64,000 nt of DNA from Escherichia coli (GCA_902499925.1 GCA_902499925.1_4130.1); one strand, 5' to 3'; positions 10,609-21,074 are shown, counted from the stretch's first letter. Notes: generated by a model not told the origin, from the letters alone. Program-made: numbers and translations.

Positions 10609-10922
10609 TATATTTCAACCTCTATATATTCTTGGGTAATTAAGTAATCCCAGTAGTACTTCACTTGTTTTTGTATCTCAATTAAAGCATAAAAATTAAT
10701 TCTCTTATCCCATACAAGTGATTCCTGAAAAAGAAATGTTTCATGATCATCTCTGTAATCACATTCAAGGAAGTCAGGAATATAATCACAATCGTGAAGA
10801 TATTCAATCATTAAAGATTCATTACATCTCCTAACTGCAAGATGTTGGAAATTATCATGATCGAAGAAATACATTAGACTAATTGTTCCAGGAATGTACT
10901 GAATACTGTATAAGAATTTCAT
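10608..10922 (-). CDS. Family A paralog, function unknown
   Basis: Motif 'ETFLFQESLVWD'. Confidence 0.75.
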   Translation of the reverse strand: MKFLYSIQYIPGTISLMYFFDHDNFQHLAVRRCNESLMIEYLHDCDYIPDFLECDYRDDHETFLFQESLVWDKRINFYALIEIQKQVKYYWDYLITQEYIEVEI

Positions 10923-11362
10923 CGTTTACCCTTATATACTTCACGTACATATTCATAATCCAAATAAAATCTTGTACTATCAATACTTTTAAAGTACCAC
11001 ATAATAACTAAAGTATCTAGTACTTCATCATCATACAAAGTACTATTCTGAAAGTAATACTCTTCACTATCCCACGGACCTTTCAGTACTTCAAAGTTCA
11101 ATTTTAAAGGTCTGCTGCGATTATAAAAACGGATTTCACCACCATAAGCATAACTGATAAATTCTGCATCTGGATTGTATTGTGAAAAATCTGCGGGACT
11201 TTTGGAATTCAACCCAAGAATAACTGTAGTTGTAGCAAAATCACTATCCTTGTAGTAGTTACCATTCTCGGCTTTGTATACTTCTTCGAACTTCCCAGCC
11301 TTAATGTCTTCAATATATGCCTGTAGTTCTTTTGCTTTATCAAGAGCACTTCGTAATGACAT
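10919..11362 (-). CDS. Family A paralog, function unknown
   Basis: Motif 'EEYYFQNSTLY'; close paralog of the next two genes. Confidence 0.8.
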   Translation of the reverse strand: MSLRSALDKAKELQAYIEDIKAGKFEEVYKAENGNYYKDSDFATTTVILGLNSKSPADFSQYNPDAEFISYAYGGEIRFYNRSRPLKLNFEVLKGPWDSEEYYFQNSTLYDDEVLDTLVIMWYFKSIDSTRFYLDYEYVREVYKGKR

Positions 11363-11828
11363 TATCTTCCCCTACAGTATTCTCTACGTATTCATAATCG
11401 AAATAGAAACTACCAGAACCAATACTTTTAAAGTACCACATAATTACAATAACATCTAATTCTTCTTCATTGTACACAGTACTGTTCTGGAAGTAATATT
11501 CTTCACTATCCCACGGACCTTCTAGTACTGAATACGGAATGATTGTGTCATCAACATCACTATCTGTGTTGTAGATGGTAATATCTTCATTACGGCAATA
11601 ACTAATGTACTGATTGTACATATGATATTCACAGTTATCACTATCACCCGTATCAGTGTGTAGTACTAACGTTTCTGCATGTATCTCTGACTCATCATAA
11701 TCGTCGCGGTCTTTTACAAAAAATTCAGTATCAGATGTTTTATACACCCCAGGAACTGAACCTTCTTGTACCATAATCATGTACTCATGAATCTTCTTTG
11801 CTTCTTTCAATGCACTTTCTAATGACAT
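11340..11828 (-). CDS. Family A paralog, function unknown
   Basis: Motif 'EEYYFQNSTVY'. Confidence 0.8.
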   Translation of the reverse strand: MSLESALKEAKKIHEYMIMVQEGSVPGVYKTSDTEFFVKDRDDYDESEIHAETLVLHTDTGDSDNCEYHMYNQYISYCRNEDITIYNTDSDVDDTIIPYSVLEGPWDSEEYYFQNSTVYNEEELDVIVIMWYFKSIGSGSFYFDYEYVENTVGEDNVITKCS

Positions 11829-11830
11829 TA

Positions 11831-12271
11831 CTAATCCCCTGTACTTAAATATTCACATGCTCCCCAGTCAAGGAAGAAGGGTTCAAAATTCAATTCCTTA
11901 AAGTACCACAAAACAACCAAGGAATCAAGCATTTCTTGGTTAAAAATAAGACTCTGTTGGAAGTAATACTCTTCAGTACCCCACGGCCCATCAAGTACCC
12001 CGAAGTCAACAGGTGTATTTGATGTGTCAAAAGTAATCTTAGTACCTGGAATATATACAAAAAAACTAGTATATTGACTACATGAAGAGTACTGTATAGT
12101 ATTGTCTTTATCATGGCCCATAAGTAAAATATCATCAGAGTATGTCTTTATACCTGATAGATAATACTCATTACCAAATGCACTTACTTTATCACCATAG
12201 AAACCACTTTTTATGTTATCGTGGAAGTGATGTATTTTGTGTGCCAGTTTAAGTGCACTTGCTAAACTCAT
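11831..12271 (-). CDS. Family A paralog, function unknown
   Basis: Motif 'EEYYFQQSLIF'. Confidence 0.8.
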   Translation of the reverse strand: MSLASALKLAHKIHHFHDNIKSGFYGDKVSAFGNEYYLSGIKTYSDDILLMGHDKDNTIQYSSCSQYTSFFVYIPGTKITFDTSNTPVDFGVLDGPWGTEEYYFQQSLIFNQEMLDSLVVLWYFKELNFEPFFLDWGACEYLSTGD

Positions 12272-12738
12272 ATATCCTCTTTTATAACTCGTAGTAGATC
12301 CAAGTCCAAATAGAAGCTAGGACAATCTGTATTATTAAAGTACCACAGAATGACAAGCTTGTCAAGTACATCTTCCTCGTAGATAGTATTCTGCTGGAAG
12401 TAGAACTCTTCACTTCCCCAGTCATTATCCAGTACTGAATACGGAAGATGTTTCTCTGCTGCACCAGTTATAATGTCAGTATCTTGTATTAAAATATCAG
12501 CATCACGACAGAAGTACATGTAATTATCTTCCAAATTAACATCACACCCATTGAGTGTTGTTTCAGAAGAATCTAAGTTTTCTTCATACATGTGAATGTA
12601 CTCACTACTGTCATCGTATATCATTCGACAATAAGCTTTACCTTCCTTGAATAGATACCCATTGAGTCGATTGAGTACTATTTCCTTTTTACATAAATCA
12701 ATTAACTTAGCAATTTCTAATGCTCTTTCAAAACTCAT
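12268..12738 (-). CDS. Family A paralog, function unknown
   Basis: Motif 'EEFYFQQNTIY'. Confidence 0.8.
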   Translation of the reverse strand: MSFERALEIAKLIDLCKKEIVLNRLNGYLFKEGKAYCRMIYDDSSEYIHMYEENLDSSETTLNGCDVNLEDNYMYFCRDADILIQDTDIITGAAEKHLPYSVLDNDWGSEEFYFQQNTIYEEDVLDKLVILWYFNNTDCPSFYLDLDLLRVIKEDI

Positions 12739-12739
12739 A

Positions 12740-12925
12740 TCAACTCCTGTGTTGTGTCTTGATATAATCTCGGTACACCATGTGAATATTAGCTATATAC
12801 AATTCACTAATATCATATGTACCGAAGTACATGTCATTCCTAATGCTGTTGTTATGTCTAATATCAATTACGAATCGTCGAAGTATTGTATTCATGAATG
12901 ATTCCATTTGTTCTTTTTTATTCAT
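12740..12925 (-). CDS. Small hypothetical protein
   Basis: 61-aa ORF filling gap between family A genes. Confidence 0.4.
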   Translation of the reverse strand: MNKKEQMESFMNTILRRFVIDIRHNNSIRNDMYFGTYDISELYIANIHMVYRDYIKTQHRS

Positions 12926-13338
12926 AGCTTAAAACGATACCTATCTTTGGAATCAGTCTCTATACAGATTCTTCTATATTCTTTCATCTTCTGTTGGAGT
13001 TCAATGACTTCCTCTAGTGTACACAAGTACTTCTTGTCAAATATTAATGACTCTTGAAATATTTCAGCCTCACCCTGTACTGTTGTATAGTCTTTCATAT
13101 TTTCTACAACTGTTCCTTTGGACTGATAATCAATGAAGCTAAAGTAAGCACCATTAAATTTAATGTACTGATCCATTTTGTGTTCATAATCACCTTTGTT
13201 AAGATTGCAATACACTTCCAGTGAAGTACTAATCTTAGGTATAAACATAGAAAAATCATATTCCATATTACTCACCTGCATTGAAATAATAACTACTTGT
13301 TGTTGGTGTAGATGTATCAAAGGTGTTTTCTTTAACAT
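12922..13338 (-). CDS. Family A paralog, function unknown
   Basis: Motif 'AEIFQESLIFDKKYLCT'. Confidence 0.8.
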   Translation of the reverse strand: MLKKTPLIHLHQQQVVIISMQVSNMEYDFSMFIPKISTSLEVYCNLNKGDYEHKMDQYIKFNGAYFSFIDYQSKGTVVENMKDYTTVQGEAEIFQESLIFDKKYLCTLEEVIELQQKMKEYRRICIETDSKDRYRFKL

Positions 13339-13633
13339 ATCTCTTCATTTCATTTTGTATAAAAATCATATCTTCTATTGTACATGAGTACTTATTCTTG
13401 TCAAACACCAAAGAAGCTTGAAATAGTTCAACATCATCCAGTACTGTATAATCTGTAATACTTTCAGAGTTATAGTCGAAGTCATCATGCAATACATCAA
13501 TGAAATTAAAACACAAATCCGAGTACTGAATATATAAACTCAACTCATGTTCCGAATCACCCTTGACAAGATTGCAGCACAAATCCCACCCCGTTCTGGA
13601 CTTACAAACGTACATCGAATAATCAAATGTCAT
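13268..13633 (-). CDS. Family A paralog, function unknown
   Basis: Motif 'VELFQASLVFDK'. Confidence 0.75.
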   Translation of the reverse strand: MTFDYSMYVCKSRTGWDLCCNLVKGDSEHELSLYIQYSDLCFNFIDVLHDDFDYNSESITDYTVLDDVELFQASLVFDKNKYSCTIEDMIFIQNEMKRYVKENTFDTSTPTTSSYYFNAGE

Positions 13634-13986
13634 TCTGGTATTCCTATATTGAATTTGTATTCTTGATTAATACTGACATTGCCTTTATTCAAAGAGTCAT
13701 ACTCTTTCATTTCATTTTGTATTGCAATAACTTCTTCAAATGTACACAAGTACTTCTTATCAAATACTAATGACTCCTGAAATAGTTCAGCGGCATCCAT
13801 TACTGTATAATCCGGCATATCCTGATGCGGATACTGTAATGAATTATAATCAATGAATGTGAATTTACCCTGAGTGAAATGAATATACTCATTTGCACTG
13901 TGCATTAAATCACCTTTGTTTAAATTACAAAAGTACTGAAAACTGTTCTTAAAAGAATGTACTGATATTACAAAATCAAATTCCAT
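13630..13986 (-). CDS. Family A paralog, function unknown
   Basis: Motif 'AELFQESLVFDKKYLCT'. Confidence 0.8.
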   Translation of the reverse strand: MEFDFVISVHSFKNSFQYFCNLNKGDLMHSANEYIHFTQGKFTFIDYNSLQYPHQDMPDYTVMDAAELFQESLVFDKKYLCTFEEVIAIQNEMKEYDSLNKGNVSINQEYKFNIGIPE

Positions 13987-14354
13987 CAGTACTCAACCTC
14001 TAAATTAAAAGATTCAGGAAACTTAGTCATATAATCTTCAGGATAGTTCTGCATTGTTTTGATCATCTCTACCTGTGTAGCACGGACGTATTCAATTGGT
14101 GCTCCTGGTAAATTCCAGACAGTACTTTCCTGAAAGAATTCCTCTTCTGACAGTACTGTAAGATTTACAAAATCATTACGGTAATTTTTTGAATCATCAT
14201 ATGTGAAGATTTTAAAAGACCCATTTTCATATAGTACAAGAACAAAATGTGAGAATTTTTGTAATGCACCACCCATTTCCACGTCCGCATGATTCAGTGT
14301 ACAGATGACCTCTTTTTTCCTCATACCGAATTGAATTCTAATTTCTTTTTTCAT
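13986..14354 (-). CDS. Family A paralog, function unknown
   Basis: Motif 'EEEFFQESTVW'. Confidence 0.75.
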   Translation of the reverse strand: MKKEIRIQFGMRKKEVICTLNHADVEMGGALQKFSHFVLVLYENGSFKIFTYDDSKNYRNDFVNLTVLSEEEFFQESTVWNLPGAPIEYVRATQVEMIKTMQNYPEDYMTKFPESFNLEVEY

Positions 14355-14406
14355 AAAATCTCCTTCAGATTAGTACTGAATTTGTACAGAATATTAGAAC
14401 TGTATC

Positions 14407-14493
14407 CATAATCAAATCACCTTTGTTTAAATTACAAAAGTACTGAAAACTATTCTTGAAAGAATGTACTGATATTACAAAATCAAATTCCAT
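14407..14493 (-). pseudogene. Truncated duplicate of the 5' end of family A gene 13630..13986
   Basis: About 80 bp near-identical to 13905-13986 (start codon plus first ~25 codons) with no continuing ORF. Confidence 0.5.
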
Positions 14494-14966
14494 CACTCTT
14501 CCCCTAGATTGAAATAATTACTAAAATTAGTTTCACCAGTTTTACACCATTTATCGATACAATCCTTGTGAATAAATTTGATCCTACGCTGGATTTCAAC
14601 TATCTCTTCTAATGTACAGTTGTACTTCTTATCAAATACTAATGCCTCCTGAAACAGTGCAGCCTCATCCATTAATGTATAATCCAGCATATCGGTTGCT
14701 TTACCCCTAAACCCAGTACTAAAATCCATCAAATAAAATTGAGAATTTTCGAACTTTATAAGTTTGTCCCTTGCGTAGTTTAAATCACGCTTGCACAAAT
14801 TACAGCACGTAATAAACTCACCAGTGTACATCCATGTCCCTATATGAAAATCTTTATATTTCATTTGCATCTTCATTTCAATTGTAATCTTTACTGTAAT
14901 TAATAAGGTAAACTCCAATATAAGGAGCACGTTCGCGGCGGGGTATTTTTTTGTTTCAGGAAACAT
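14493..14966 (-). CDS. Family A paralog; true start probably internal (~14876)
   Basis: Motif 'AALFQEALVFDKKYNCT'; N-terminal extension hydrophobic and unlike paralogs. Confidence 0.7.
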   Translation of the reverse strand: MFPETKKYPAANVLLILEFTLLITVKITIEMKMQMKYKDFHIGTWMYTGEFITCCNLCKRDLNYARDKLIKFENSQFYLMDFSTGFRGKATDMLDYTLMDEAALFQEALVFDKKYNCTLEEIVEIQRRIKFIHKDCIDKWCKTGETNFSNYFNLGEE

Positions 14967-15078
14967 GAACTGTACTCTGAAAACACATTTTAAAACTTTA
15001 TATTAAACATATACCTTAACATGTTTTTCAGCGAAAATTTTTTTGACCCCCCCAGCGGCCTGTGAAAACGAAACGTCT

Positions 15079-15324
15079 CTATTTATTCAGCCTAGAAAGC
15101 TTGATTTCTTCAATCCTTTTCATCGCACAAAGCCTTCGACTCGTCCTCTCGTACATATTCAATACTCGTTGTAATGCATTATCTGTATTATCTGTAACTG
15201 CAATCTGAACCAAATATGTATCCTTCAAAATCGAATCCATCATGAATTCAAAACCTTTCACACTAAAGCAATATACCACTTCCGGCTCTTCAAACGTAAT
15301 CATAATTCCAATCCCCTGTCCCAT
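15079..15324 (-). CDS. Hypothetical small protein
   Basis: 81-aa ORF, minus strand. Confidence 0.4.
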   Translation of the reverse strand: MGQGIGIMITFEEPEVVYCFSVKGFEFMMDSILKDTYLVQIAVTDNTDNALQRVLNMYERTSRRLCAMKRIEEIKLSRLNK

Positions 15325-15493
15325 CTAACCTTCTAAGATATCTTGCGTAAATTATTTCGAAATATCTGTGCAACGAAATTACGGATTGCTCATAATCATC
15401 ATTCCTGTACATTGTGCATGTAAGAAAATCATTTAAACCGTAATCTAAACTGCACTTGAACTTCTCCTTTGCAACATCTCTAAAATTATCCAT
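15290..15493 (-). CDS. Hypothetical small protein
   Basis: 67-aa ORF, minus strand. Confidence 0.4.
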   Translation of the reverse strand: MDNFRDVAKEKFKCSLDYGLNDFLTCTMYRNDDYEQSVISLHRYFEIIYARYLRRLDGTGDWNYDYV

Positions 15494-15656
15494 AATATGT
15501 CCTCTGCACAGCGTAGGTGTACTGTGAACTCAGCACCGTTAATAGGTAATCTATGTTGTAAGCACGATTTCCTCGTTGACTAGCACGACTAGAATAAAGA
15601 ATATTATCCACATATGTATCGAACTGTTCTTCAAATAACTCTTTCATCAGCACCCT

Positions 15657-16211
15657 TTAGCACCCTTTAACAACTTTTGAAATGTAATCTTCTAATGCAC
15701 CAATGTTCTTTGTATTCGTTCGAACTAAAAGATAACTTAAATTCTCGAACTCCTGAACATAATGCTTAACAGCGTACATGCATCGTAATTCAAAATCTGT
15801 ATGAACCGTTTTGTACTGAAATAACATCTCTTCTGAAGCATCTAAAAGCTCTGTAGCTTGTTCTGTACTGAACTTAAAGGGATTCTGTACTCCTGAACTA
15901 AAACACTTTTGTACGTTCGTCTGGACACCCTGTGATAGATATAATCCTGTACTACCATCTTGTGTTGATATCGAATTGAAACCATTACTTGCAACCATTA
16001 AATCTGAACTCAATACAAATAATAATTTATCTTCCTTATGAATTAATAAATCTGACTTCAGGGATTTTATTCCTGTACTGGTTATATCACCTATACTAAG
16101 ATTGTCACTGAACTTCTCAGCGTTGTTCGCAATGCTCTGGACAAGATTTTTTAATCTCTTAATGGCACTTCTGTCTTTTTCTAATGTATCTAATAAACTC
16201 ATTGAACTCAT
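15657..16211 (-). CDS. Family A-like protein
   Basis: Motif 'EEMLFQYKTV'; start moved to ATG preceded by AAGGAAAG (track ORF extends to 16283). Confidence 0.6.
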   Translation of the reverse strand: MSSMSLLDTLEKDRSAIKRLKNLVQSIANNAEKFSDNLSIGDITSTGIKSLKSDLLIHKEDKLLFVLSSDLMVASNGFNSISTQDGSTGLYLSQGVQTNVQKCFSSGVQNPFKFSTEQATELLDASEEMLFQYKTVHTDFELRCMYAVKHYVQEFENLSYLLVRTNTKNIGALEDYISKVVKGC

Positions 16212-16221
16212 TGTACTTTCC

Positions 16222-16566
16222 TTACATATTTGTACTGAACAAAACGGAACTTTGAATGCCATTAATCGACACTTCATGTACATATATATTTTGTCTGAAT
16301 ACCTGAAGCAATTGAACTAAACTCTGTTGCATAATAATATGCATCGCTAAATTATCAAAGGCCGTTTCGTATTGGAATCGTGCAGCATCATCTTCTATGA
16401 AATTCGGAACTTGGACTGGATTTTCAAAATTTGTCCTTGTACTGAACTGTACATCATTGTCCTGTACCTTAATACCATATGAATTATCTTTGTTATCAAC
16501 TACATCAAATTCAATTAAACTACCATCTTTACTGACGTTTACTATATAAACTGAAAATCTACTCAT
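16222..16566 (-). CDS. Family A-like protein
   Basis: Motif 'DAARFQYETAF'. Confidence 0.6.
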   Translation of the reverse strand: MSRFSVYIVNVSKDGSLIEFDVVDNKDNSYGIKVQDNDVQFSTRTNFENPVQVPNFIEDDAARFQYETAFDNLAMHIIMQQSLVQLLQVFRQNIYVHEVSINGIQSSVLFSTNM

Positions 16567-17081
16567 AATCCTATTTCCTTTAAATCTTCCAAAAATGTTT
16601 CATAATCACTTAAGGAAAAAAAGATATCCGTATCGATGTTCGCATCTAATACATTATACAAATTCTGCATCTGTAACACATCAGGAGCATCAATCAATGA
16701 TTGCTGGAAATAGGCAGCTTCATCTTCCAAAATATCTCTGAATGTTCTCTCTCGTACTCTGTGGTGTACTGAATTGAATATTGATTTCTCATCCTTAAGC
16801 ATTGGTAGGTATCGAATGTACATGTGTTCTCTTAGCTCTGGACTGATGGAACCCCTGAACTGTAACACGTATTCGAAGCACATAGCAACATCCTGAAGGT
16901 AATTGGCACTGTAATTATTGCTGTAAACAATCTTATGACTTCTGAACTCATCATCATTTCTGAACCAATTGTCACCTACTTTGGTGTACTTATGACTAAG
17001 CAATCCACCCTCTAACGCTTTGATGATCTTCAAAATGTTGTGTGCAAATGCATATGATGTATTGTACTTGGCCTGATACAT
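16563..17081 (-). CDS. Family A paralog, function unknown
   Basis: Motif 'EAAYFQQSLID'; start moved to MYQAKY... matching paralog N-termini (track ORF extends to 17204). Confidence 0.7.
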   Translation of the reverse strand: MYQAKYNTSYAFAHNILKIIKALEGGLLSHKYTKVGDNWFRNDDEFRSHKIVYSNNYSANYLQDVAMCFEYVLQFRGSISPELREHMYIRYLPMLKDEKSIFNSVHHRVRERTFRDILEDEAAYFQQSLIDAPDVLQMQNLYNVLDANIDTDIFFSLSDYETFLEDLKEIGL

Positions 17082-17293
17082 GTGTGCCTCATCTGCCTCA
17101 TTTGGCGTTAAAATATTCACTGAAATGATTATAACACAAAAGCACCACGATGTTAAGCACTCTGTTGTCAAAATCATCTTGTGATGCAGGATGCAAGGAC
17201 GCATTGATGTTAAAATTCACTATATCATTGTGGAATTGGTATGTGAACAAATCAAACTTCGTATGCCTTTGTTTGATATCATCGGCGGTCATA

Positions 17294-17902
17294 TTATATA
17301 TTCAACCCTTTAACAATGGAAATAAATTCTTTGTATACATTTTCAGGTAAAGCTCTACTACCATAAAGAACACTAAATTCAGGTAACATATCCGAAATCT
17401 CTTTCGCTAAATTTATTTCATCCCTGAACATTTGCACAGGCATGATATCCTGTACCAATGATAACTGAAAGAAAAATGATTCAATATCTTCATGCACCTC
17501 TGAATTTAAATAAATCTCTTCTGGAAACTGGTCTGTACTGTAATAATAAAATACGTCAATTCTTTTTTCATTATTTTGTACAAGAGGTAAATTTCTTTCG
17601 TCTCTCTTATTAATATTTGTTTTCCATGACTCAATGTTATTCGGAACCCAAAACTCATAAGGTGTTTTCTCTCCTGAAATATTATCCAGCTTCAATCCAT
17701 AATATTCACCTTCGCCGTACTTCTGCTTCAAAACAATACCTGTACTACTGATGTTTACAATGTACGTATCAACAATCCCCTCTGCGGTAAAAGGAATATT
17801 TAACTCTGAACCTTCAGGGTACTTAGCATTGAATGCATCTAATGCTTTACTAAGCACTGGAATTGCACTTGTACTGTACTTCATTAATTGATCTATGTTC
17901 AT
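17294..17902 (-). CDS. Family A paralog, function unknown
   Basis: Motif 'ESFFFQLSLVQD'. Confidence 0.7.
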   Translation of the reverse strand: MNIDQLMKYSTSAIPVLSKALDAFNAKYPEGSELNIPFTAEGIVDTYIVNISSTGIVLKQKYGEGEYYGLKLDNISGEKTPYEFWVPNNIESWKTNINKRDERNLPLVQNNEKRIDVFYYYSTDQFPEEIYLNSEVHEDIESFFFQLSLVQDIMPVQMFRDEINLAKEISDMLPEFSVLYGSRALPENVYKEFISIVKGLNI

Positions 17903-18483
17903 TTTAATGCCCCTGTAATCATACTGAAATTTGAACGATACATATCGTACACTGTACTTTCTTTCTTGTGCACAATGAAATCATAAAGATCGACGAATGC
18001 AGGAATAATAATCTTGAATGATTTATTCTTGTACGTCCCAAACTCAACGGTGCTCAATTTTGCAACGAGCATAGCAACAAAGATTTCTTCTGGACTATGC
18101 AATGTACTGTACTGAAAATAATCCTCTGCACTTATTTCACCCATTGCACTAATATCTTGTACTTGTAATGAAATTTTAAGATAATAATAAGAAAAATCAT
18201 TCTCTGATTTGTTTTGTATTTTGTATTGGTCTATGGGTACATCTCTCATGAACCATAAACGGTCCTGACCATAAAAAGGAATGATTGAATTTGGGGAACC
18301 CAAAAAAACTTCTTCTCTATCAATATCCTTTAACTCAATTTGCATACTGGATGAATTGGCAATAATTAATTCATTAAAAATGTAATGAACCTTGTGTACC
18401 ATCTCTTGTACTGAATTGAAATCATCTGGTATTTTAAAATTTTCCATAGGTATCTCCTTAAAAATGATTACACATTGTACCAT
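17899..18483 (-). CDS. Family A paralog, function unknown
   Basis: Motif 'AEDYFQYSTLH'. Confidence 0.75.
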   Translation of the reverse strand: MVQCVIIFKEIPMENFKIPDDFNSVQEMVHKVHYIFNELIIANSSSMQIELKDIDREEVFLGSPNSIIPFYGQDRLWFMRDVPIDQYKIQNKSENDFSYYYLKISLQVQDISAMGEISAEDYFQYSTLHSPEEIFVAMLVAKLSTVEFGTYKNKSFKIIIPAFVDLYDFIVHKKESTVYDMYRSNFSMITGALK

Positions 18484-18519
18484 GCATTTGTACTGGTGTC
18501 AAACAAAAAAGCCCATATC

Positions 18520-19017
18520 TTACGATACAGGCATGTTTATTTGAATTTCATTGTACAAATCATCAATATATAGACATGAAAACGATAAACTTTCTTTAAC
18601 TATATTGTTGTGATAAAGCATTTTAAACACTATATAGAAAAATAAATCAATATCATCATGTACTAAATTCTGCTGGAACCACCACTCTTCTGTTAAATCT
18701 TGTGCATTAAAATCATCAGGAACTTCAATTGACGACATATCAACATCTTCTTTGTACTCAAACCACATGTCGTCATTCGGATAACGTTCATGTTTTTCTG
18801 GGTAACAATTGCTGGGATTAAATGCTAAAATATAAAATGTCGTCGCAGAATGTTCTTTATTAAAAAATGAATTATTCCACACCTGATACCTTTCACCAAC
18901 ATCAATCTCTTTTGATACTGATGTTATTGCACATAATGTACGATATATTGTTTCTATTTTGTGAACAAATTTAAAGGCTGCATCTAAACTGAACTCTAAA
19001 TCAGACATGCGGTGCAT
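18520..19017 (-). CDS. Family A paralog, function unknown
   Basis: Motif 'EEWWFQQNLVHD'. Confidence 0.75.
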   Translation of the reverse strand: MHRMSDLEFSLDAAFKFVHKIETIYRTLCAITSVSKEIDVGERYQVWNNSFFNKEHSATTFYILAFNPSNCYPEKHERYPNDDMWFEYKEDVDMSSIEVPDDFNAQDLTEEWWFQQNLVHDDIDLFFYIVFKMLYHNNIVKESLSFSCLYIDDLYNEIQINMPVS

Positions 19018-19337
19018 AAAATTATCTCAACTAAAATAAGAACGGTATTGAATTCGAGGCAACCTTTGATACCTTGATTGTACATGTACTTTGCTACTAC
19101 ATATTTCTGTACTAAATTATAATTATTAAATTCCTCAAAATTGTAATTTAGAATGAAATTTGTACTCAAAAATAACTTATGCATCTCTAATGCACTCTGA
19201 TAATATTTGTACAACTCACTGATATCAATACTTTGTAAATCACTTTGTTCATATGTATGATAAGGAATGGCGTCAATTTCAATATTATTAAACCATTCTC
19301 TTAACTTATTAATATCAAATGTATTATTCAGCTTCAT
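18996..19337 (-). CDS. Hypothetical protein
   Basis: 113-aa ORF, no family motif. Confidence 0.45.
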   Translation of the reverse strand: MKLNNTFDINKLREWFNNIEIDAIPYHTYEQSDLQSIDISELYKYYQSALEMHKLFLSTNFILNYNFEEFNNYNLVQKYVVAKYMYNQGIKGCLEFNTVLILVEIILCTACLI

Positions 19338-19890
19338 AACTCAATACCTCCATTAAGCACTCATAAACACCATCAATCGCATAAGCACAAAAACTGAAAT
19401 TAATTTTGTTATTCTTGTGTAATGGACTATTGTATACTGTACTCATTATGACATTATAAAATAACAAACGCACTGGTACAAGCATTGAACCTTGGAAAAA
19501 TTCTTCCTCTGATTTATATGTATTGTACTCTATTGCTTTGTTCGTTTCTGTATCATATTTTACCATTACTAACGGGGCATTTTTATTATACCATGCGTAC
19601 TCTAAATCATTCTTTCCAATAACAGCACCAGGGGCAAAATCCAAAAGACTAATAACACTACGGGCATTTGGGGTATCAGGTGTATTGAATCGTTTATCAA
19701 AATGTCTCGTGCACGCAATATATGTATTGTACTTCGATGGAATAATACCAATACATTTGTGGATGTGACGCTTGTAATCTTTCTGTGCATTATATAAGGC
19801 TGCAACAATACAAGCTAACTTTTGTCCCATAAGGATTGCATTAGCGTAGGTGTACTGAATTTCATTGTACTCACTGTACGTCGATGTCAT
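19324..19890 (-). CDS. Family A paralog, function unknown
   Basis: Motif 'EEEFFQGSMLV'. Confidence 0.75.
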   Translation of the reverse strand: MTSTYSEYNEIQYTYANAILMGQKLACIVAALYNAQKDYKRHIHKCIGIIPSKYNTYIACTRHFDKRFNTPDTPNARSVISLLDFAPGAVIGKNDLEYAWYNKNAPLVMVKYDTETNKAIEYNTYKSEEEFFQGSMLVPVRLLFYNVIMSTVYNSPLHKNNKINFSFCAYAIDGVYECLMEVLSYEAE

Positions 19891-20182
19891 AATACGCTCC
19901 TACCTCATAATCTTTCTTGCTTTGGAATTCATTAACGACTTTCTGTATATTTCTTAATGTTACCATGTCATGTCCGTACATGTCAACCACCAATTGCATT
20001 TGGAAAAATTCTTCTTCAGATAATGTATTAAAATCTATAAAATAATCCGTAACAACCTGTGCGTCTAAATTTGCCATGTACCATTGATTGGTATCGACCT
20101 CTTTAACCAAATTCCATGCATCTGAATCGGATTCTAATTCTACATATATTAATGTTAATGTATAAAGCATTTTATACTTCAT
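19871..20182 (-). CDS. Family A paralog, function unknown
   Basis: Motif 'EEEFFQMQLVVD'. Confidence 0.75.
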   Translation of the reverse strand: MKYKMLYTLTLIYVELESDSDAWNLVKEVDTNQWYMANLDAQVVTDYFIDFNTLSEEEFFQMQLVVDMYGHDMVTLRNIQKVVNEFQSKKDYEVGAYYDIDVQ

Positions 20183-20732
20183 AACTGTATCCTTGCATTA
20201 AAAGATCATAAGCAATATCAACTAATTCTAAACGAATGAAAAATTTTAAATTATCTTTCAATGGATTCAAATGCATTGTACTAAACAACATAAGATACTT
20301 CATTTGATTTGTATTGTATATTAGGGATGTCTGAAATACTTCTGCTTCATTGTAAGGATCAATGAATTTTATACCTTCTTCACTGTAATCCGTTTTGGAA
20401 TTCTGATATATAAAATAATCATCACCAGCATTATACCACAAATAACCTTCAAAACTAGAATCAAATTCTGAATTTTCATTTCGCATTAAAGGTGATACTG
20501 AAATTGGATTTGAACCAACTGTTGCACAAACCTCAAGGAAAGCATCTTCACTTCCCTTAACTTCCTCTTTGATTTTATCATTGTACTGACCTGCAAAACC
20601 AGCTTTTACTTCCAAATATAAACTACTACCAACTTTATTAATTCTTAAAAGGGAACTCTGTACTGTATTCGCATTATTCAGCACAAACACTATTGTGCAA
20701 ATCTTATGTACCAATAACTGAATATCATTCAT
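20172..20732 (-). CDS. Family A paralog, function unknown
   Basis: Motif 'EAEVFQTSLIY'. Confidence 0.75.
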   Translation of the reverse strand: MNDIQLLVHKICTIVFVLNNANTVQSSLLRINKVGSSLYLEVKAGFAGQYNDKIKEEVKGSEDAFLEVCATVGSNPISVSPLMRNENSEFDSSFEGYLWYNAGDDYFIYQNSKTDYSEEGIKFIDPYNEAEVFQTSLIYNTNQMKYLMLFSTMHLNPLKDNLKFFIRLELVDIAYDLLMQGYSYEV

Positions 20733-20733
20733 A

Positions 20734-21063
20734 TTATACCCTTGTGCATTTAAGCACTGTAACTAAACCTTTTGCGTTCTTGAAATGCATTAACGATAAT
20801 GATGCATCAACGTATTGTAATGATACAATTACATCTTCTGATGTGTTCTTGAATAAAAATTCCTGTACTGAATTCTCACCAAAATAAATGTACTTTGTGG
20901 ACTCAATTTGCAAATACGGAATTTCTGTACTATGTAAAAAGATATCAATTTTATCATTGTTTTGTAATCTGCAATCAAATTGATATACTTCATAATCAGC
21001 GGCCTGTACTGTATTAGAGAACATTGATAAAATAAATGTTAGAGCTAAAATAATTTTATTCAT
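20734..21063 (-). CDS. Putative secreted/periplasmic small protein
   Basis: N-terminus MNKIILALTFILSMFSNTVQA-ADYE looks like a cleavable signal peptide. Confidence 0.6.
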   Translation of the reverse strand: MNKIILALTFILSMFSNTVQAADYEVYQFDCRLQNNDKIDIFLHSTEIPYLQIESTKYIYFGENSVQEFLFKNTSEDVIVSLQYVDASLSLMHFKNAKGLVTVLKCTRV

Positions 21064-21074
21064 ATTGGTATTCC

